A DNA stretch of 64,000 bases from Synechococcus sp. GTDB taxonomy: Bacteria > Cyanobacteriota > Cyanobacteriia > PCC-6307 > Cyanobiaceae. The position numbers were made by a program, and so were the translations under genes. Numbering within the stretch: position 1 is the stretch's first letter; each line of letters opens with the position of its first letter. Below the pieces are notes generated by a model. The model was not told the origin of the DNA. It saw only the letters and a list, made by a program, of their open reading frames with translations, and searched no databases. Below, piece by piece: positions 12,930 to 24,962 of the stretch. Location of the stretch: contig JBJBDC010000001.1 in NCBI GenBank assembly GCA_047285535.1, positions 1,856,136-1,920,135 on the forward strand, written 5' to 3'.

Positions 12930-13071
12930 CCGGAAGAGGGACCGGTCTTGGCATGTCCATCAAGGAACAGCTCGCCAAGGGAAGACCAAACAACCTGGCG
13001 TATGCGAGGCAGGCATCACGGTCAATTCCCGTGAAACGCAGGATGCCATCCGAATCGTAAAGACCGTGCAT
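12886..13071 (-). CDS. small hypothetical protein
   Basis: MHGLYDSDGILRFTGIDRDACLAYARLFGL; co-oriented with the upstream CYTH gene and fills the gap. Confidence 0.55.
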   Translation of the reverse strand: MHGLYDSDGILRFTGIDRDACLAYARLFGLPLASCSLMDMPRPVPLPVRSRRKNQKEGCNS

Positions 13072-13122
13072 GCCAAACCCCTTGCCGAACCTTCCTCAAA
13101 TCTAAAGGAAATCGAAAGGATT

Positions 13123-13632
13123 TTAGATTTGAAGTCGATATTGTTTAAGCAATTCTTGGGACCACTTGGACAAGGGCTGACGGGCAAGCGCAGCATTGGT
13201 CCAGCGATGGTCTCCCGTGACTTCAACACCACACCAATCAGGGATGACCAATGGGCTGTCGGGAGCGTCGAGCTCGACTTCAGCCAAAACCAGGGGCGAG
13301 TTGTCTCCTTCAAAACAATCAACGACCCAGTCACCTCCACCTAATTGAAGGTCATAACGTGTTTTCAGCAAACGATGGGGAGCAAGCATCCAAAGCTGCT
13401 CTGCATCTTCCACAGGAATGCCGTATTCGAATTCATGGCGAGCAATGCCGCTACCGCCGGCAGAGGCCTTCAACGTAAGCCAAGCCTTCCCATCAGCACG
13501 TAAACGCATGCGCACCGTGATTCCATCAGATGCGGCGGACAGATATCCCTGTTGCAACCGTTGCGGAGGACCTGCAACAGGACGCCATCCAGAATGAGTC
13601 ACCAGGAATCGCCGTTCAATCTCAAGTGCCAT
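13123..13632 (-). CDS. CYTH-domain (triphosphate tunnel) protein
   Basis: MALEIERRFLV, QGYL, RHEFEY, KTRY, LAEVEL. Confidence 0.9.
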   Translation of the reverse strand: MALEIERRFLVTHSGWRPVAGPPQRLQQGYLSAASDGITVRMRLRADGKAWLTLKASAGGSGIARHEFEYGIPVEDAEQLWMLAPHRLLKTRYDLQLGGGDWVVDCFEGDNSPLVLAEVELDAPDSPLVIPDWCGVEVTGDHRWTNAALARQPLSKWSQELLKQYRLQI

Positions 13633-13633
13633 C

Positions 13634-14581
13634 TCAGTTTGCTGAGGGAGCGCTATCAAGCAGACTTCCAGCCCAATGAAGCTTGCGGGAGAGCGTTCGG
13701 TAATAGGAAGGAGATTGCTCCAGCTGCACCATCAACGCATGATGAGCCGCCTGCTGAATGACACAGCACTCACCCGGACCAAAGACCTCCCCGGCAGCTC
13801 CATCTTTCCAAAGTTTGACTTGCCGACTGGCATCGCCAAGAGGCCAGATCACAACTCTGGATCGAGGTGGCAACACGACAGTGCGACTCGACAAACTCAT
13901 CGGACAAATAGGACTGACGACAATCGCATCGATCCCTGGATGCAGGATTGGACCACCTGCCGCCATCGCATAACCAGTTGAACCCGTAGGCGACGCCAAA
14001 ATCAAACCATCGCCTCGAACCTGGTCAACGACCTCTCCGTCAATCTCCATTTCAAGAATGCAGGTTGGAGACAAATCATCGTGATAAGGCTTGAGGTAGA
14101 TGTCATTCAGCGCCCAATGAATGCCCTGAGCATTCATTGGAGCCTCAACCTCGCGAGACTTCTCAGCAAAGGAATTTAGATCTTCGATGCGCTGAATCAC
14201 CGCCTGCAACATCATGCGTCGTTCCAAGGCAAAGCGGTCTTCCAGCAAGCGCTCCCAAAGCCCTTCACTACGCAACAAGCCAGGATCGTGGGTAAGAAAG
14301 CCGAGATGACCGCCTACGTTGAAACAAAGAATCGGTACATCCAAAACAGCGAGGTGCCTAGCAGCACCAAGAACGGTCCCGTCACCTCCAAGGACAATCG
14401 CTAGATCTGGCAGCTGAGGTTCCGAGGCCAGAAGACCAGGAAATGGATCTGCGTTCAGGCCACTCATCGCCAACACAGGAGCGGCTCCAATCTGTTCAAG
14501 CTCGTCGGCACAACGACGAGCTTCTTTTAAGGCCGATGAACTATCAGCCCGGTAAATCAGCCAGACCCGTTTTAGACGCAT
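13634..14581 (-). CDS. nadK: NAD(+) kinase
   Basis: GGDGT motif, [18 protein letters not shown]. Confidence 0.95.
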   Translation of the reverse strand: MRLKRVWLIYRADSSSALKEARRCADELEQIGAAPVLAMSGLNADPFPGLLASEPQLPDLAIVLGGDGTVLGAARHLAVLDVPILCFNVGGHLGFLTHDPGLLRSEGLWERLLEDRFALERRMMLQAVIQRIEDLNSFAEKSREVEAPMNAQGIHWALNDIYLKPYHDDLSPTCILEMEIDGEVVDQVRGDGLILASPTGSTGYAMAAGGPILHPGIDAIVVSPICPMSLSSRTVVLPPRSRVVIWPLGDASRQVKLWKDGAAGEVFGPGECCVIQQAAHHALMVQLEQSPSYYRTLSRKLHWAGSLLDSAPSAN

Positions 14582-14596
14582 AACAGCTTGACGCCA

Positions 14597-14929
14597 TTAC
14601 CAGCGCAGAAGGTTGAAACGTTCCATATCCACCGTGACTCTGTTCCGATAGAGCGACAACAGAATCGCGAGGCCGACTGCAGCCTCGGCTGCAGCAACTG
14701 TGATCACAAAGACAGAGAAAACCTGCCCACGAATCAATTGTCCATCGACATAAGAGGAAAAGGACATCAGATTGATATTCACTGCGTTCAACATCAATTC
14801 AATACTCATCAAAACCCTCACAGCATTGCGACTGTTAATCAGTCCCCAAACCCCAGTACAAAAGAGAATGGCTGCCAGGAGGAGGTAGGCCTGTAGAGGG
14901 ACGGAACCAGAAAGAAGCTCAGACAGCAT
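14597..14929 (-). CDS. ndhE: NDH-1 subunit 4L
   Basis: [25 protein letters not shown]. Confidence 0.96.
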   Translation of the reverse strand: MLSELLSGSVPLQAYLLLAAILFCTGVWGLINSRNAVRVLMSIELMLNAVNINLMSFSSYVDGQLIRGQVFSVFVITVAAAEAAVGLAILLSLYRNRVTVDMERFNLLRW

Positions 14930-14949
14930 TACAAAAAACGCAGAAAAAT

Positions 14950-15549
14950 TCAGCCGCGGGACTGATTTACAAGTAAGGGAGTGCGAGCCTTTTCAATGAG
15001 GCCCTGATCAACCTCTTCACCAGTGACAGGATCTACAGATTGAACCTCCCGACGGGCCAGAACAATGGCCCCAATCATGGCCATTAAGAGTAAAACAGAC
15101 GCCAACTCAAACGGGAGCAGGTAATCAGTAAAGAGATGTTCACCAATGCGAAGCGTCGCATCTTCCCCAATAGGCGTTGGGCCATTCATCCATGGAGTCA
15201 CAACAACGACACGCGTCAGAAGCAAAAGAAGTCCGACGCAGACACCACCAGACAAAAGCCGACGAACTGGGAGTCCTGGGATAGGAGCCAGATCTTCCTT
15301 CTTATTGACCAACATGATCGCGAACAGAATTAAGACATTGACGGCTCCGACGTAAACAAGCACCTGAGCCGCTGCCACAAAACTGGCATTAAGCAATAGA
15401 TACAAACCTGCTACTGCCAGAAAAACACCGCCCAACAGAAACGCGGAATAGACGATGTTGCTCAAGAGCACAACGCCAAGAGCACCCAACACGATGACAG
15501 CACTGAGAGCCAAAAAACAAATGAGTTGCGTAGACGCGGCAATGGTCAT
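14950..15549 (-). CDS. ndhG: NDH-1 subunit 6
   Basis: [28 protein letters not shown]. Confidence 0.96.
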   Translation of the reverse strand: MTIAASTQLICFLALSAVIVLGALGVVLLSNIVYSAFLLGGVFLAVAGLYLLLNASFVAAAQVLVYVGAVNVLILFAIMLVNKKEDLAPIPGLPVRRLLSGGVCVGLLLLLTRVVVVTPWMNGPTPIGEDATLRIGEHLFTDYLLPFELASVLLLMAMIGAIVLARREVQSVDPVTGEEVDQGLIEKARTPLLVNQSRG

Positions 15550-16205
15550 CCTGCGCTCTCCTCCTTGTTCGATGCTGATGAAGACGATTCTCTCTCATCT
15601 CCGGCCATCGGAGTGGATCCAGCTGCCTTGAGGTCATCGACAATCTGTTCAGGTCGTTGGCCAGCCCTGGGGCGCTCAGGGGAAACACCATGAGGTTCAA
15701 CCTCACCAGCAGGGAGATAGACAAGCTCCCGCAATGGCTGGACCGAGGGATCGGTGGTCACGCTGGTGGGTAAGCGACCTAGGGCAACATTGTCAAAATT
15801 AAGGCTATGGCGATCGAATGCGGCCAATTCATATTCCTCAGTCATCGACAAACAATTCGTGGGGCAGTACTCAACGCAGTTACCACAAAAGATGCAAACT
15901 CCGAAATCAATCGAATAGTTGCGCAGTTCTTTTTTCTTGGTCTCCTTGTTCATGACCCAATCAACCACTGGAAGATTGATTGGGCAGACACGCACACAAA
16001 CCTCGCAGGCAATGCACTTATCAAATTCGTAATGAATTCGTCCTCGATAGCGCTCTGAAGGAATCAGCTTTTCGTAGGGATACTGCACCGTGATCGGCCG
16101 GCGCTTCATGTGATCGAAAGTGACCGAGAGACCTTGCGTGAGATTGCGGGCCGCATCCACTGCATCCCTGGTGTAATCACCAACCTGTTTGAGAAAGCCG
16201 AACAT
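15546..16205 (-). CDS. ndhI: NDH-1 subunit I (two 4Fe-4S clusters)
   Basis: [12 protein letters not shown] and [12 protein letters not shown]; start placed at MFGFLKQ. Confidence 0.97.
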   Translation of the reverse strand: MFGFLKQVGDYTRDAVDAARNLTQGLSVTFDHMKRRPITVQYPYEKLIPSERYRGRIHYEFDKCIACEVCVRVCPINLPVVDWVMNKETKKKELRNYSIDFGVCIFCGNCVEYCPTNCLSMTEEYELAAFDRHSLNFDNVALGRLPTSVTTDPSVQPLRELVYLPAGEVEPHGVSPERPRAGQRPEQIVDDLKAAGSTPMAGDERESSSSASNKEESAG

Positions 16206-16286
16206 GGTTTGGAAACGGGGAAGTGAGCGATCGAGAAAAGAAAGACCGGCTTTCATGATGCCGCCGGGGAAGGGCCAATGGCGAGA

Positions 16287-17441
16287 TCATCCACCAAAAG
16301 CCACGGGAAAGGCCAGCTTGAGAGCAGCCGTAACCAGAAGGTTGGCCAAGGCCAAAGGCAACAAGAATTTCCAGCCCAGATCCAACAACTGATCAATCCT
16401 CACCCGTGGAGTTGTCCAACGCAAAAGAATCGCGATGAACACCAGCAGATAGGCCTTCAGGATAGTCATCACAATGCCAACAGTGCCTGTGATGAGCTGG
16501 ACCAGAGGGGCATCAATGGGCTGGCCAAGCCAGGAAGCAAGCCATTCCACTGGGATCGGGAACCCCCAACCACCCAGATAAAGGATGGAAACAAGGAGAG
16601 CCGAAAGAACGAGATTGATGTAGCTGCCTAGATAAAAGAGGGCAAACTTCATCCCTGCATATTCCGTCTGGTATCCAGCCACGAGTTCTTCTTCGGCCTC
16701 AGGGAGGTCAAAAGGCAAGCGCTCACATTCCGCAAGCGCACAAATCCAGAAAATGAGAAATCCAACAGGTTGTCGCCATATATTCCAACTCAGGACCCCA
16801 GCACCAGTTTGTTGATTAACGATATCGACGGTACTTAAGGAATTACTCATCATCACCACGGCCAAAACAGCCAATGCAAGAGGAATTTCGTAACTGATCG
16901 ATTGGGCTGCCGCACGGAGACCCCCCAACAACGAATATTTGTTGTTGGAGGCGTATCCACTCATCAACAGACCGATGGGTTGAACGCTGCTGAGCGAAAT
17001 CCAAAGGAAGATGCCAACGCCCACATCACTAATCAGCAGGTTCTGACCAAAAGGCACGATCAACCAGGACAGAATGACTGGCACCACCACCAGGACAGGA
17101 CCGAGAGTGAAGAGCAAACTGTCCGCACGGTCGGGAATGATGTCTTCCTTTACCAGCAGCTTGAGGCCATCAGCCAAGGGCTGAAGAACGCCGAGTGCGC
17201 CGGCATATTCAGGGCCGATTCTTTGTTGTACAGCCGCTGAAATTTTTCGTTCAAGCCACACCGTGACGAGGACCCCAACCACCGCGGCTACAAGCACCAG
17301 CAACATTGGGAAGGGAAGCCAGAGCATTCGCGCAGCTTGAGCCGAGAGCCCTAAACCCTCCAGTGCTTGACTGAAGCTCTGTTCGAGATCAAGACCTGGG
17401 CTCACCAGGGCCGGCGCGGTGGTGGCGATGGAGGTCACCAT
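16287..17441 (-). CDS. ndhA: NDH-1 subunit 1
   Basis: [35 protein letters not shown]. Confidence 0.97.
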   Translation of the reverse strand: MVTSIATTAPALVSPGLDLEQSFSQALEGLGLSAQAARMLWLPFPMLLVLVAAVVGVLVTVWLERKISAAVQQRIGPEYAGALGVLQPLADGLKLLVKEDIIPDRADSLLFTLGPVLVVVPVILSWLIVPFGQNLLISDVGVGIFLWISLSSVQPIGLLMSGYASNNKYSLLGGLRAAAQSISYEIPLALAVLAVVMMSNSLSTVDIVNQQTGAGVLSWNIWRQPVGFLIFWICALAECERLPFDLPEAEEELVAGYQTEYAGMKFALFYLGSYINLVLSALLVSILYLGGWGFPIPVEWLASWLGQPIDAPLVQLITGTVGIVMTILKAYLLVFIAILLRWTTPRVRIDQLLDLGWKFLLPLALANLLVTAALKLAFPVAFGG

Positions 17442-17465
17442 GGACAGAGACAAGATTGATGCAAC

Positions 17466-18662
17466 TTAAGCGCCCGCGGCCTTCAATCGCTCATCAGCAG
17501 GGACCCAATGACGTGTGGATACACCGGTATAAATCTGTGAGGGACGAAAGATTCGGTTGGCACCGAGCTGTTCTCTCCAGTGAGCTAGCCAACCTGCCAC
17601 ACGGGAAATCGCAAAAACTGGTGTGAACAGATCTCTTGGGATCCCAAGTTTGCGATAAACAAGACCTGAATAAAAATCAACGTTGGGATAGATACCCTTA
17701 GGCCCCAGTCGGATCGCAGCCGCATCCTCTAGGGCATGGGCGACGTCATAAAGGCTATCGCGACCAAATCGAGCAAATAACTCTTCTGCTAAAGCCTGAA
17801 GGATCACAGCTCTAGGGTCCTTCACCTTGTATTCGCGGTGGCCAAAACCCATCACCTTGCGTTTGCTGGTCACCGCTGAATCGAGGTAAGAGTCGACCTG
17901 TTGCGGAGTACCAATCTCTTCCAGCATTGCAAGCACATCCTCGTTGGCTCCGCCATGAAGAGGGCCTGCCAGCGTTCCTACGGCTGATGCAACAACAGCG
18001 TAAGGATCAGTCAAGGTGCTCGCCGTAACCCTGGCACTGAACGTGCTGGCGTTCAGGCTGTGCTCCGCATGAAGGATCAAACAACAATCGAAAATGCGAG
18101 AAGCGAGCGGATCGGGTTCTTGCTCCGTCAACATGTAGAGAAAGTTGGCCGAATAGGCCAGGTCATCGCGAGGCTGAATGGGATCCTGACCTTTACGGAT
18201 CAACTGGAAGGCCGCCACCATGGTTGGGATCTTCGCGATCAGCCTCACGACCGCGTCATAGATGTACTGCGGATCATCAATCGCCCGACGGGAATAAAAG
18301 AGTCCCAAAGAGGCCGCGCAGGATTGCAGAGCATCCATCGGATGCCCATTCGCCGGAAAACACTTCATCATGTCGCGCACTCGAAAACTCACGCGCCTGT
18401 GCATCTGAACTTCGTGTTCAAAATCACGAAGTTGCTGAGGGGTAGGCAGTTCGCCCCAGATCAACAAATACGTGGTCTCAAGAAAACTGCTATGCGCAGC
18501 CAGATCATCCAGGGAATAGCCCCGATAGGAGAGACGACCCTGTAGGCCATCAATGTCGCAAATGGAAGACTGGGTAGCAGGCACACCCTCAAGACCAGGC
18601 CTGAACACCAGACCCGTGCGTTCATGCCGGATTTCGGTACCGCCGGTCTGACTTACCACCAC
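17466..18662 (-). CDS. gltA: citrate synthase
   Basis: HAEHSLNASTF, GPLHGGANE, GFGHREYK, YPNVDFYSG. Confidence 0.96.
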   Translation of the reverse strand: MVVSQTGGTEIRHERTGLVFRPGLEGVPATQSSICDIDGLQGRLSYRGYSLDDLAAHSSFLETTYLLIWGELPTPQQLRDFEHEVQMHRRVSFRVRDMMKCFPANGHPMDALQSCAASLGLFYSRRAIDDPQYIYDAVVRLIAKIPTMVAAFQLIRKGQDPIQPRDDLAYSANFLYMLTEQEPDPLASRIFDCCLILHAEHSLNASTFSARVTASTLTDPYAVVASAVGTLAGPLHGGANEDVLAMLEEIGTPQQVDSYLDSAVTSKRKVMGFGHREYKVKDPRAVILQALAEELFARFGRDSLYDVAHALEDAAAIRLGPKGIYPNVDFYSGLVYRKLGIPRDLFTPVFAISRVAGWLAHWREQLGANRIFRPSQIYTGVSTRHWVPADERLKAAGA

Positions 18663-18688
18663 CCGCTGCTACTGCTGCTGAACGCAAC

Positions 18689-19174
18689 TTAATCGCAGCC
18701 AGGCAATAACAGACCTGGTCTCAGCAACGCCTGTAGCTGCGCCACTCGGCAGGAGGATTGAGGAGAGGCATCCCAACGGAGATGGCAAAGCCCTGCTTTC
18801 CGCAAGCGGATGCCGCCGGTTCGGGCACCCATCAACTCCATAGCCAGCTGACTCAAATCAGGTTCGTGGCCTACAAAAAAGCAGGAACCCCGCAAGCGCT
18901 GAACCAAAGGCCATGGATCGGCCCCAGGCTTGAGACAGCTTGAGAGTTCAACTTCTGGGGCAAGACCGCTTTTCACCGCAAGATCAGCCGTTTCACGCGC
19001 CCGGCGGTATGGACTGCTGTAAAGGCGATCAGAGATGAATCCCAGATCGTGAAGGCGAGCGCACACCTTGGCCGTGCGCTCGATGCCCAGAGCCGTCAGT
19101 CCACGATCAGGGTGATCCACATCATGATCTCGCTCCACCGCGATGCCATGACGCAACAAGAACAGGTCAACCAA
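18689..19174 (-). CDS. sixA: SixA-like histidine phosphatase
   Basis: LLRHG, SSPYRRARETA, VGHEP; start uncertain (TTG 19174 chosen, ORF is open to 19258). Confidence 0.85.
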   Translation of the reverse strand: MVDLFLLRHGIAVERDHDVDHPDRGLTALGIERTAKVCARLHDLGFISDRLYSSPYRRARETADLAVKSGLAPEVELSSCLKPGADPWPLVQRLRGSCFFVGHEPDLSQLAMELMGARTGGIRLRKAGLCHLRWDASPQSSCRVAQLQALLRPGLLLPGCD

Positions 19175-20789
19175 ACCGGACTTGAGCACGAAGTCGCAAT
19201 CGGTTATGCCCAGCCTGATCAGCCCCTTCTTCCTGGTCCGTTCCAACAGCCAAAGCAAGCTCCTGAACCACCGGGAGCAATGACCGTCCTGCTACAGACT
19301 GAATCAAACTCCAGGGCCGCCACTTTTCAAGCTGAGCACGACTGGGAGCTGACGCCAAGGCCAACTGCTGCGCCAGAGGAGTCTCACCCTCAGCCTGCAA
19401 TGCTCGCAGTTGATTGACACGAGGAGCAATGGCTGAATGGTCTTGCCGATTCGTCAGCGCATCGAGTGTCTGCCCCCACCAGTTTTGATCGGATTCGCTG
19501 TCCAAAGCCACTGCAAGTTGAGCCTGCAAGGACTGTTCACCACGCTGTCGCTGCCGTGTCAGACGGGTCCAGACCTGCAGTGTTTTGCCATCAGCGGGCA
19601 ATGCCGACTGAACAAAACCCTTTTGCTGAAGGTCAGCATCAACAGCAGCCTCATCTGGCTGACCACTCACCGTCCCTAGCAACCAACCCTCCTCTTCTTG
19701 CATCCAAAGCAATGGGCCTCTATCGAAACCCACAACAGCAGAGGCTCCTTCTGATCCAAGTGATTGCAGGGTCTCCTGAAGAACTGGAGCCAACCACTGA
19801 GCGATGGGGTCTGCGTTCACAGAGCTGAGTAGATCGGCAGGAGAAGACAGCACAGCAAGGGCAGACGCTGAGCCACCTGCTGAGCGCATCAATGAAGACG
19901 TGACCTCGGCCCCCTCACCTGAATCAACAACGGGCTGACGGAAACGCATGACCGCATCAAGATCGATGGCCTCCCCCTTAGGTTCCAAGGCTGCCACCAA
20001 ACCCACAAGGTCATTGTGTTCGGCAATAACGGGGGGGACGCCAAGCCAATGCTTCATCGCGAAAGGGTCTGCAGTCAGCAGAGCTGCACCCCGTCCAAAT
20101 CGCTGCAGATCATCAACAAGATCTTGATCACCACGTTGGTGAAGAGCATCAAGCTGTGACACATCCAAAGATTGCTCCAGTACGTCAAGACCAGAGGCAA
20201 TTAACAGAAAGTCACCGTCAATTAAAGCGGTGGCGATGGGCTGCGGCTCGCGACCGAGCAGTGCGCCGCGTCCACTGATCACACCCATTCCCCGATATCG
20301 GCTGATTTGAAGATCAGTGCCAGCCAGACTTCGCGTCTGCCAAAAGCGCTGGAGAAAGCGCTTTGCACCATCTTGATCCAGGCTTGTGAGAGCTAGCACC
20401 CAACCTGTCGGTGCAGACTCAGCCTCAGAAGCGAATAAAGAAAGACTGACCTCAGGGGCGATCCAATCCGCCAGCTCTCCAGCGAAATCCAACCCAACCA
20501 AAGCAAAAGCTCCATCACGCAATTGCTGCGTGCTTTCACGCACCTGTCGCCGGCGTGAAACGGGTGCCACAGCCTGGGCGTAAGCAGGCATGCGAACCGG
20601 GTCGGCAAGCCAATGCAGACTGAGAGATGCGTCTCTGGGCACGAACCGAGCCGCTCTCGGCAAAACGAGTGGCTGCCCTACGAGCCTGAGTGGGCTTTGC
20701 TGTGCCATCGCCCACCAAAGCCCCAACGAGGTTGCTAACAGCAACAACACCGCTGCAGAGACAGCCAAAAGGAAGGAACGCGCCTTCAT
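19167..20789 (-). CDS. DUF3352-family protein
   Basis: N-terminal TM/signal MKARSFLLAV, PRAARFVP, FLQRFWQ motifs. Confidence 0.75.
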   Translation of the reverse strand: MKARSFLLAVSAAVLLLLATSLGLWWAMAQQSPLRLVGQPLVLPRAARFVPRDASLSLHWLADPVRMPAYAQAVAPVSRRRQVRESTQQLRDGAFALVGLDFAGELADWIAPEVSLSLFASEAESAPTGWVLALTSLDQDGAKRFLQRFWQTRSLAGTDLQISRYRGMGVISGRGALLGREPQPIATALIDGDFLLIASGLDVLEQSLDVSQLDALHQRGDQDLVDDLQRFGRGAALLTADPFAMKHWLGVPPVIAEHNDLVGLVAALEPKGEAIDLDAVMRFRQPVVDSGEGAEVTSSLMRSAGGSASALAVLSSPADLLSSVNADPIAQWLAPVLQETLQSLGSEGASAVVGFDRGPLLWMQEEEGWLLGTVSGQPDEAAVDADLQQKGFVQSALPADGKTLQVWTRLTRQRQRGEQSLQAQLAVALDSESDQNWWGQTLDALTNRQDHSAIAPRVNQLRALQAEGETPLAQQLALASAPSRAQLEKWRPWSLIQSVAGRSLLPVVQELALAVGTDQEEGADQAGHNRLRLRAQVRFG

Positions 20790-20825
20790 GAAGCAGCAGG
20801 CGTGGGAATGTCCACATCTTTGTTC

Positions 20826-21188
20826 ATGATGAATACCATGACATCCCTTACACCACGATCCCTCAGCGCCAGGGAACTCCAGCAGTGGCTGTCGCGCGGC
20901 AGCACGATTCAACTCGTTGATGTACGCGAGCACTCCGAACTGGAGATTGCTCCCTTCCCAGCACCGGTCGAACATTTACCCCTGAGTGAATCCAATCTCT
21001 GGCTCTCAGATCTCCCAGCAAGACTGAAAACAACCGCACCCATCGTGGTGATTTGTCATGCAGGGATCCGCAGCAGGAACTTTGGCTGCTGGCTGCTGGA
21101 ACAGGGTCTTGGTCACGAGGTCTGGAACTTGGAGGGTGGCATTCATGCCTGGAGTGTGGAAATCGATCCAACCGTTCCCCGTTACTGA
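20826..21188 (+). CDS. rhodanese-like sulfurtransferase
   Basis: LVDVRE, CHAGIRS, NLEGGIHAWS, DPTVPRY. Confidence 0.9.
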   Translation: MMNTMTSLTPRSLSARELQQWLSRGSTIQLVDVREHSELEIAPFPAPVEHLPLSESNLWLSDLPARLKTTAPIVVICHAGIRSRNFGCWLLEQGLGHEVWNLEGGIHAWSVEIDPTVPRY

Positions 21189-21253
21189 GCAGCGGTTCGT
21201 GACAACGCAGCCAATCAAGGGGAAAAGGTCCGTACGATTCAAAGGCTGATTTT

Positions 21254-22252
21254 GTGCCTGTGCAGCCTCTGTCCCACCGACAACAGGAGGTGCTCAGGGC
21301 CACAGTGCACCACTATGTGGACACCATTGAACCGGTGGGAAGCAGAACACTGGTTCAGAGGTTCAATCTCCAAGCCAGTGCAGCCACAGTCCGCTCGGCA
21401 ATGGGGGCTCTTGAACAACGAGGGTTTCTAACCCAGCCCCACACCTCAGCTGGACGAGTTCCGAGCCCGAGTGGATATCGACATTACGTGGATTGCTTGC
21501 TGCCCAAGCCCGGTTCGGCCGTGCACCATCTGGACCAGGAGCTCGCCAATTTGAGTCTGCGCTGGGCCGCACTGGATGACCTTTTGACTCAGGTCGCCCG
21601 ACGGCTCACTGACTTCACAGGACTCATGAGTTTGATCACTCAACCCCAACGCCAACAACCTCGCCTCCAAGCAGTGCGCTGCGTGAAGAGTGAAGACAGG
21701 CTGCTCGTCATGCTTGTGGAAGATTCCAGCCAAGCGCGCCACCTCAATCTGCGACTTCCCCATGGGGCTGCAGAGCAAGTGGACGCCATGGAGCGATGGG
21801 CCAATGCCCAACTAGAGGCTCAAGGTCAACTGAACTGGGACTATGTTCCCCATCAGCTCCTGACCTGCAGCAAGGTGTTGCGTGATGCATTGGACAGCCA
21901 CCAAGAACAACCTCAGGCCCAAAACCAGCCAGCTCTGTTCCATGGAGTGTCTCGGCTTGTTGCCGAACCAGAATTTAGTGATAGCAGCAAGCTCAGACCC
22001 CTCCTCGAACTGATGGATCAGAGCCCGTGTGCGGTTGTGCCAGATGAATCAAGACCAGCGCAGGGTGTATGGATCGGCAGAGAACACCCTCAGAATGCAC
22101 TCCACAACTGTTCTGTTGTGAAAGCCACGTACAGCTGTGCCGGACAGGGGCAAGGCCATGTTGCCCTGATCGGACCGATGAGAATGGCCTATGCCACTGC
22201 GCTAGCAGCGGTCACCTCTGTTGCTCAATCCCTCGATCACCTTTTGGCTTAA
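21254..22252 (+). CDS. hrcA: heat-inducible transcription repressor
   Basis: EPVGSRTL, SAATVRSAMG, QPHTSAGRVPS, IGPMRMAY. Confidence 0.95.
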   Translation: MPVQPLSHRQQEVLRATVHHYVDTIEPVGSRTLVQRFNLQASAATVRSAMGALEQRGFLTQPHTSAGRVPSPSGYRHYVDCLLPKPGSAVHHLDQELANLSLRWAALDDLLTQVARRLTDFTGLMSLITQPQRQQPRLQAVRCVKSEDRLLVMLVEDSSQARHLNLRLPHGAAEQVDAMERWANAQLEAQGQLNWDYVPHQLLTCSKVLRDALDSHQEQPQAQNQPALFHGVSRLVAEPEFSDSSKLRPLLELMDQSPCAVVPDESRPAQGVWIGREHPQNALHNCSVVKATYSCAGQGQGHVALIGPMRMAYATALAAVTSVAQSLDHLLA

Positions 22253-22261
22253 ACCCGACAA

Positions 22262-23524
22262 TCAACCATCGAGCGCAGTCCCTAATCGCTCAGCAACAGC
22301 ATTCACATCCTTATCGCCACGACCAGAACAATTGATCACCACCTCGGCACCGTCAGGAAGCTGTGGACACAGGGTTTCGAGCCAAGCAAACGCATGAGCG
22401 GTCTCCAAGGCTGGAATAATTCCTTCCAACTCACTCACAAGTCTTAGAGCTGTCATCGCTTGATCATCGGTTACAGCACCGTATTCAGCCCTTCCGATTT
22501 CACGAAGGTAGCTGTGCTCAGGCCCAACTCCGGGGTAATCAAGACCAGCGCTGATGGAATGCGCTTCCTGCACCTGGCCATTTTGATCTTGTAGCAGCAG
22601 GCTCATCGCCCCATGAAGCACCCCAACTCTGCCTTCGGTAATCGTGGCGGCATGACGTCCTGTCGCAACGCCGTCACCTGCAGCCTCAATACCGATCAAG
22701 CGAACCGTGGTGTCTTCCACAAATCGATGGAATAGTCCCATCGCATTGGATCCACCGCCGACGCAGGCCAGCAAAACATCTGGTAGCCGACCAAATGATT
22801 CCATGCATTGCTCACGGGCTTCATTCCCGATCACGGCATGGAAATCCCGAACCAACATTGGATAAGGATGCGGACCAGCCACTGACCCCAGGATGTAATG
22901 CGTGGTCTCCACATTGGTGACCCAGTCGCGAATGGCTTCGCTAGTGGCGTCTTTCAATGTCGCAGTTCCTGCATTAACAGGCTGAACCCTTGCACCCAAC
23001 AGACGCATTCGAAACACATTCAGTGCTTGACGGCGCATATCTTCAGCACCCATATAAACCACACACTCCAGGCCAAAGCGGGCACAGACGGTCGCTGTCG
23101 CTACGCCATGCTGACCTGCTCCAGTTTCGGCAATGATGCGTTTTTTACCCATCCGCAAAGCCAGTAGAGCCTGACCGAGGGCATTGTTAATTTTGTGTGC
23201 ACCAGTGTGATTCAGGTCCTCGCGCTTCAACCAAATGCGCGGACCACCATCGGAACGGCGGTAGTGAGCGCTCAGTCGTTCAGCCTCGTAGAGCGGGGTG
23301 GCTCGGCCTACATAAGTTTTCAGCAGGCGGTTCAGTTCCGATATAAAAGCTGGATCATTCCAAGCTTCAGCAGCAGCCAGCTCAAGCTCCGCCAACGCTG
23401 GCATCAAAGTTTCGGGAACATACTGCCCCCCATAGCGTCCAAAACGCCCATGTGCTTCAGGTCGAACCGAAGGCCTCAGGCTGGAGGGATCTGGAGTGCT
23501 GGCTGTCGGCAGAGTGCTGGTCAC
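22262..23524 (-). CDS. trpB: tryptophan synthase beta chain
   Basis: [39 protein letters not shown]. Confidence 0.98.
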   Translation of the reverse strand: MTSTLPTASTPDPSSLRPSVRPEAHGRFGRYGGQYVPETLMPALAELELAAAEAWNDPAFISELNRLLKTYVGRATPLYEAERLSAHYRRSDGGPRIWLKREDLNHTGAHKINNALGQALLALRMGKKRIIAETGAGQHGVATATVCARFGLECVVYMGAEDMRRQALNVFRMRLLGARVQPVNAGTATLKDATSEAIRDWVTNVETTHYILGSVAGPHPYPMLVRDFHAVIGNEAREQCMESFGRLPDVLLACVGGGSNAMGLFHRFVEDTTVRLIGIEAAGDGVATGRHAATITEGRVGVLHGAMSLLLQDQNGQVQEAHSISAGLDYPGVGPEHSYLREIGRAEYGAVTDDQAMTALRLVSELEGIIPALETAHAFAWLETLCPQLPDGAEVVINCSGRGDKDVNAVAERLGTALDG

Positions 23525-23561
23525 AGGTCGGCAGGCCGCTAAAACGGGTTGTTGCTCAGGG

Positions 23562-24521
23562 TCAGCGTAAACAGGCGATTACACGATGTCGTGGATCACA
23601 GGCCTCAATGCGTAGATCCCGGAACCCAGCCTGACTGAGGGTGGCACTCATATCAAGGCGGAAATAATCCTCGATATAAGGCTCCGTGCTCTTCAAAAGG
23701 GTGGCAACGGCTGCTGGCAAGTGTTGCAGCACCGACGATGCTGGATCCTGATCCACCATCATCAGAACACCACCAGGCTTGAGAAGACGTGCCGCTTCTT
23801 TCAGCACCGCACGGGTGGCATCTTGAGGCAGCTCATGACAGACGAACTGGAGGCTAATTAAGTCAAATCTCCCGCTGGCAAAAGTGGTTTGTTCCGCAGC
23901 AGCATGGCACCACTCACTGATCAAGTTGTCACGATCTCTAACCCGTGCAACGGCCAGCATCTCCGGAGAGAGATCCAGACCAATCAGCCGTGGCCTGGTC
24001 AGTTCCCGCTGATCCGCACGCTGATTCAACCAAGCGGCAAGCGCCTGAGTGCTGACTCCCACCGAACACCCCAAGTCCAACACCTCGTGGATGGACTCGT
24101 TTAAGAGAGGCTCTACAACAGCGTGAATCGCATCACGGAGTCGTGTCTGCGCTTGCAACGGTTCAAGCTTTTCATCAGGCCAGATGCGCAGGGCCATCGC
24201 ATCGGTGGCTTGCTCTGCTTCCGCTGCTGCCTGCCAGCAGAGATTTCCCTGCTCATAAGCATGAAATCGAACTTGATAATAAGCAGGAGTGACCAGGCCT
24301 TCGGTGCGACTCTCTGCCAAAAGAGAGGCTGCTGCCTTCCGCAATTCAGTGCGACGCTGCCGCCATGGAATCCCGTTCCGCTCCGCCGTGCCGATGATCA
24401 GCTGTCTCGCCTGAAAAAACAGCGGACGACGCAACAGGCCTATTCCAATCAAATGCTCAATCCAACGACCGAGACCCTGACTGGAATCAGCCCATTGGGG
24501 AGCCGTTGCTGATTCACTCAT
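23562..24521 (-). CDS. class I SAM-dependent methyltransferase
   Basis: [29 protein letters not shown]; start placed at MSESAT to avoid overlap with the SUI1 gene. Confidence 0.88.
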   Translation of the reverse strand: MSESATAPQWADSSQGLGRWIEHLIGIGLLRRPLFFQARQLIIGTAERNGIPWRQRRTELRKAAASLLAESRTEGLVTPAYYQVRFHAYEQGNLCWQAAAEAEQATDAMALRIWPDEKLEPLQAQTRLRDAIHAVVEPLLNESIHEVLDLGCSVGVSTQALAAWLNQRADQRELTRPRLIGLDLSPEMLAVARVRDRDNLISEWCHAAAEQTTFASGRFDLISLQFVCHELPQDATRAVLKEAARLLKPGGVLMMVDQDPASSVLQHLPAAVATLLKSTEPYIEDYFRLDMSATLSQAGFRDLRIEACDPRHRVIACLR

Positions 24522-24560
24522 CGTGAGAGCCGGCAGGATAGAAACGGATGCAAACAGATC

Positions 24561-24887
24561 ATGCGAAAGAAAGGCTGGCAAGAATTCAGCAGTGCTAACA
24601 GTCTGCAACGCCCAAGGGAAACATCCGCAGGGGCGACACCCAAGGAGGATCAGATCGTGCGAGTACAACCCACCCGCGGCGGCAAAGGCGGCAAGACCGT
24701 CACCATGATTCGTGGTCTGGAGTTAGGTCCTGATGGCTTCAAAGCCCTCTTGAAAAAGTTAAAAACGCAGATTGGCAGCGGCGGCACAGCCAAAGATGGC
24801 GTCATTGAATTGCAAGGGGATCAGGTTGAGCTCAGCCTCGCGCTGCTCAGCAAAGAGGGATACAAACCCAAGCGTGCCGGCGGCTGA
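24561..24887 (+). CDS. yciH: SUI1/YciH translation initiation factor
   Basis: GKGGKTVTMIRGL, LKTQIGSGGTAKDGVIELQGD. Confidence 0.92.
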   Translation: MRKKGWQEFSSANSLQRPRETSAGATPKEDQIVRVQPTRGGKGGKTVTMIRGLELGPDGFKALLKKLKTQIGSGGTAKDGVIELQGDQVELSLALLSKEGYKPKRAGG

Positions 24888-24962
24888 GACCTTGACAGGT
24901 CACAGTCACTCATCGTCAATTCTGAAGCGCCAGGGGACAATGCCATCTTTCGCGTCTCGTTC

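Noticed and set aside
21189..21253. CIRCE element upstream of hrcA
   Set aside because: No TTAGCACTC-N9-GAGTGCTAA match.
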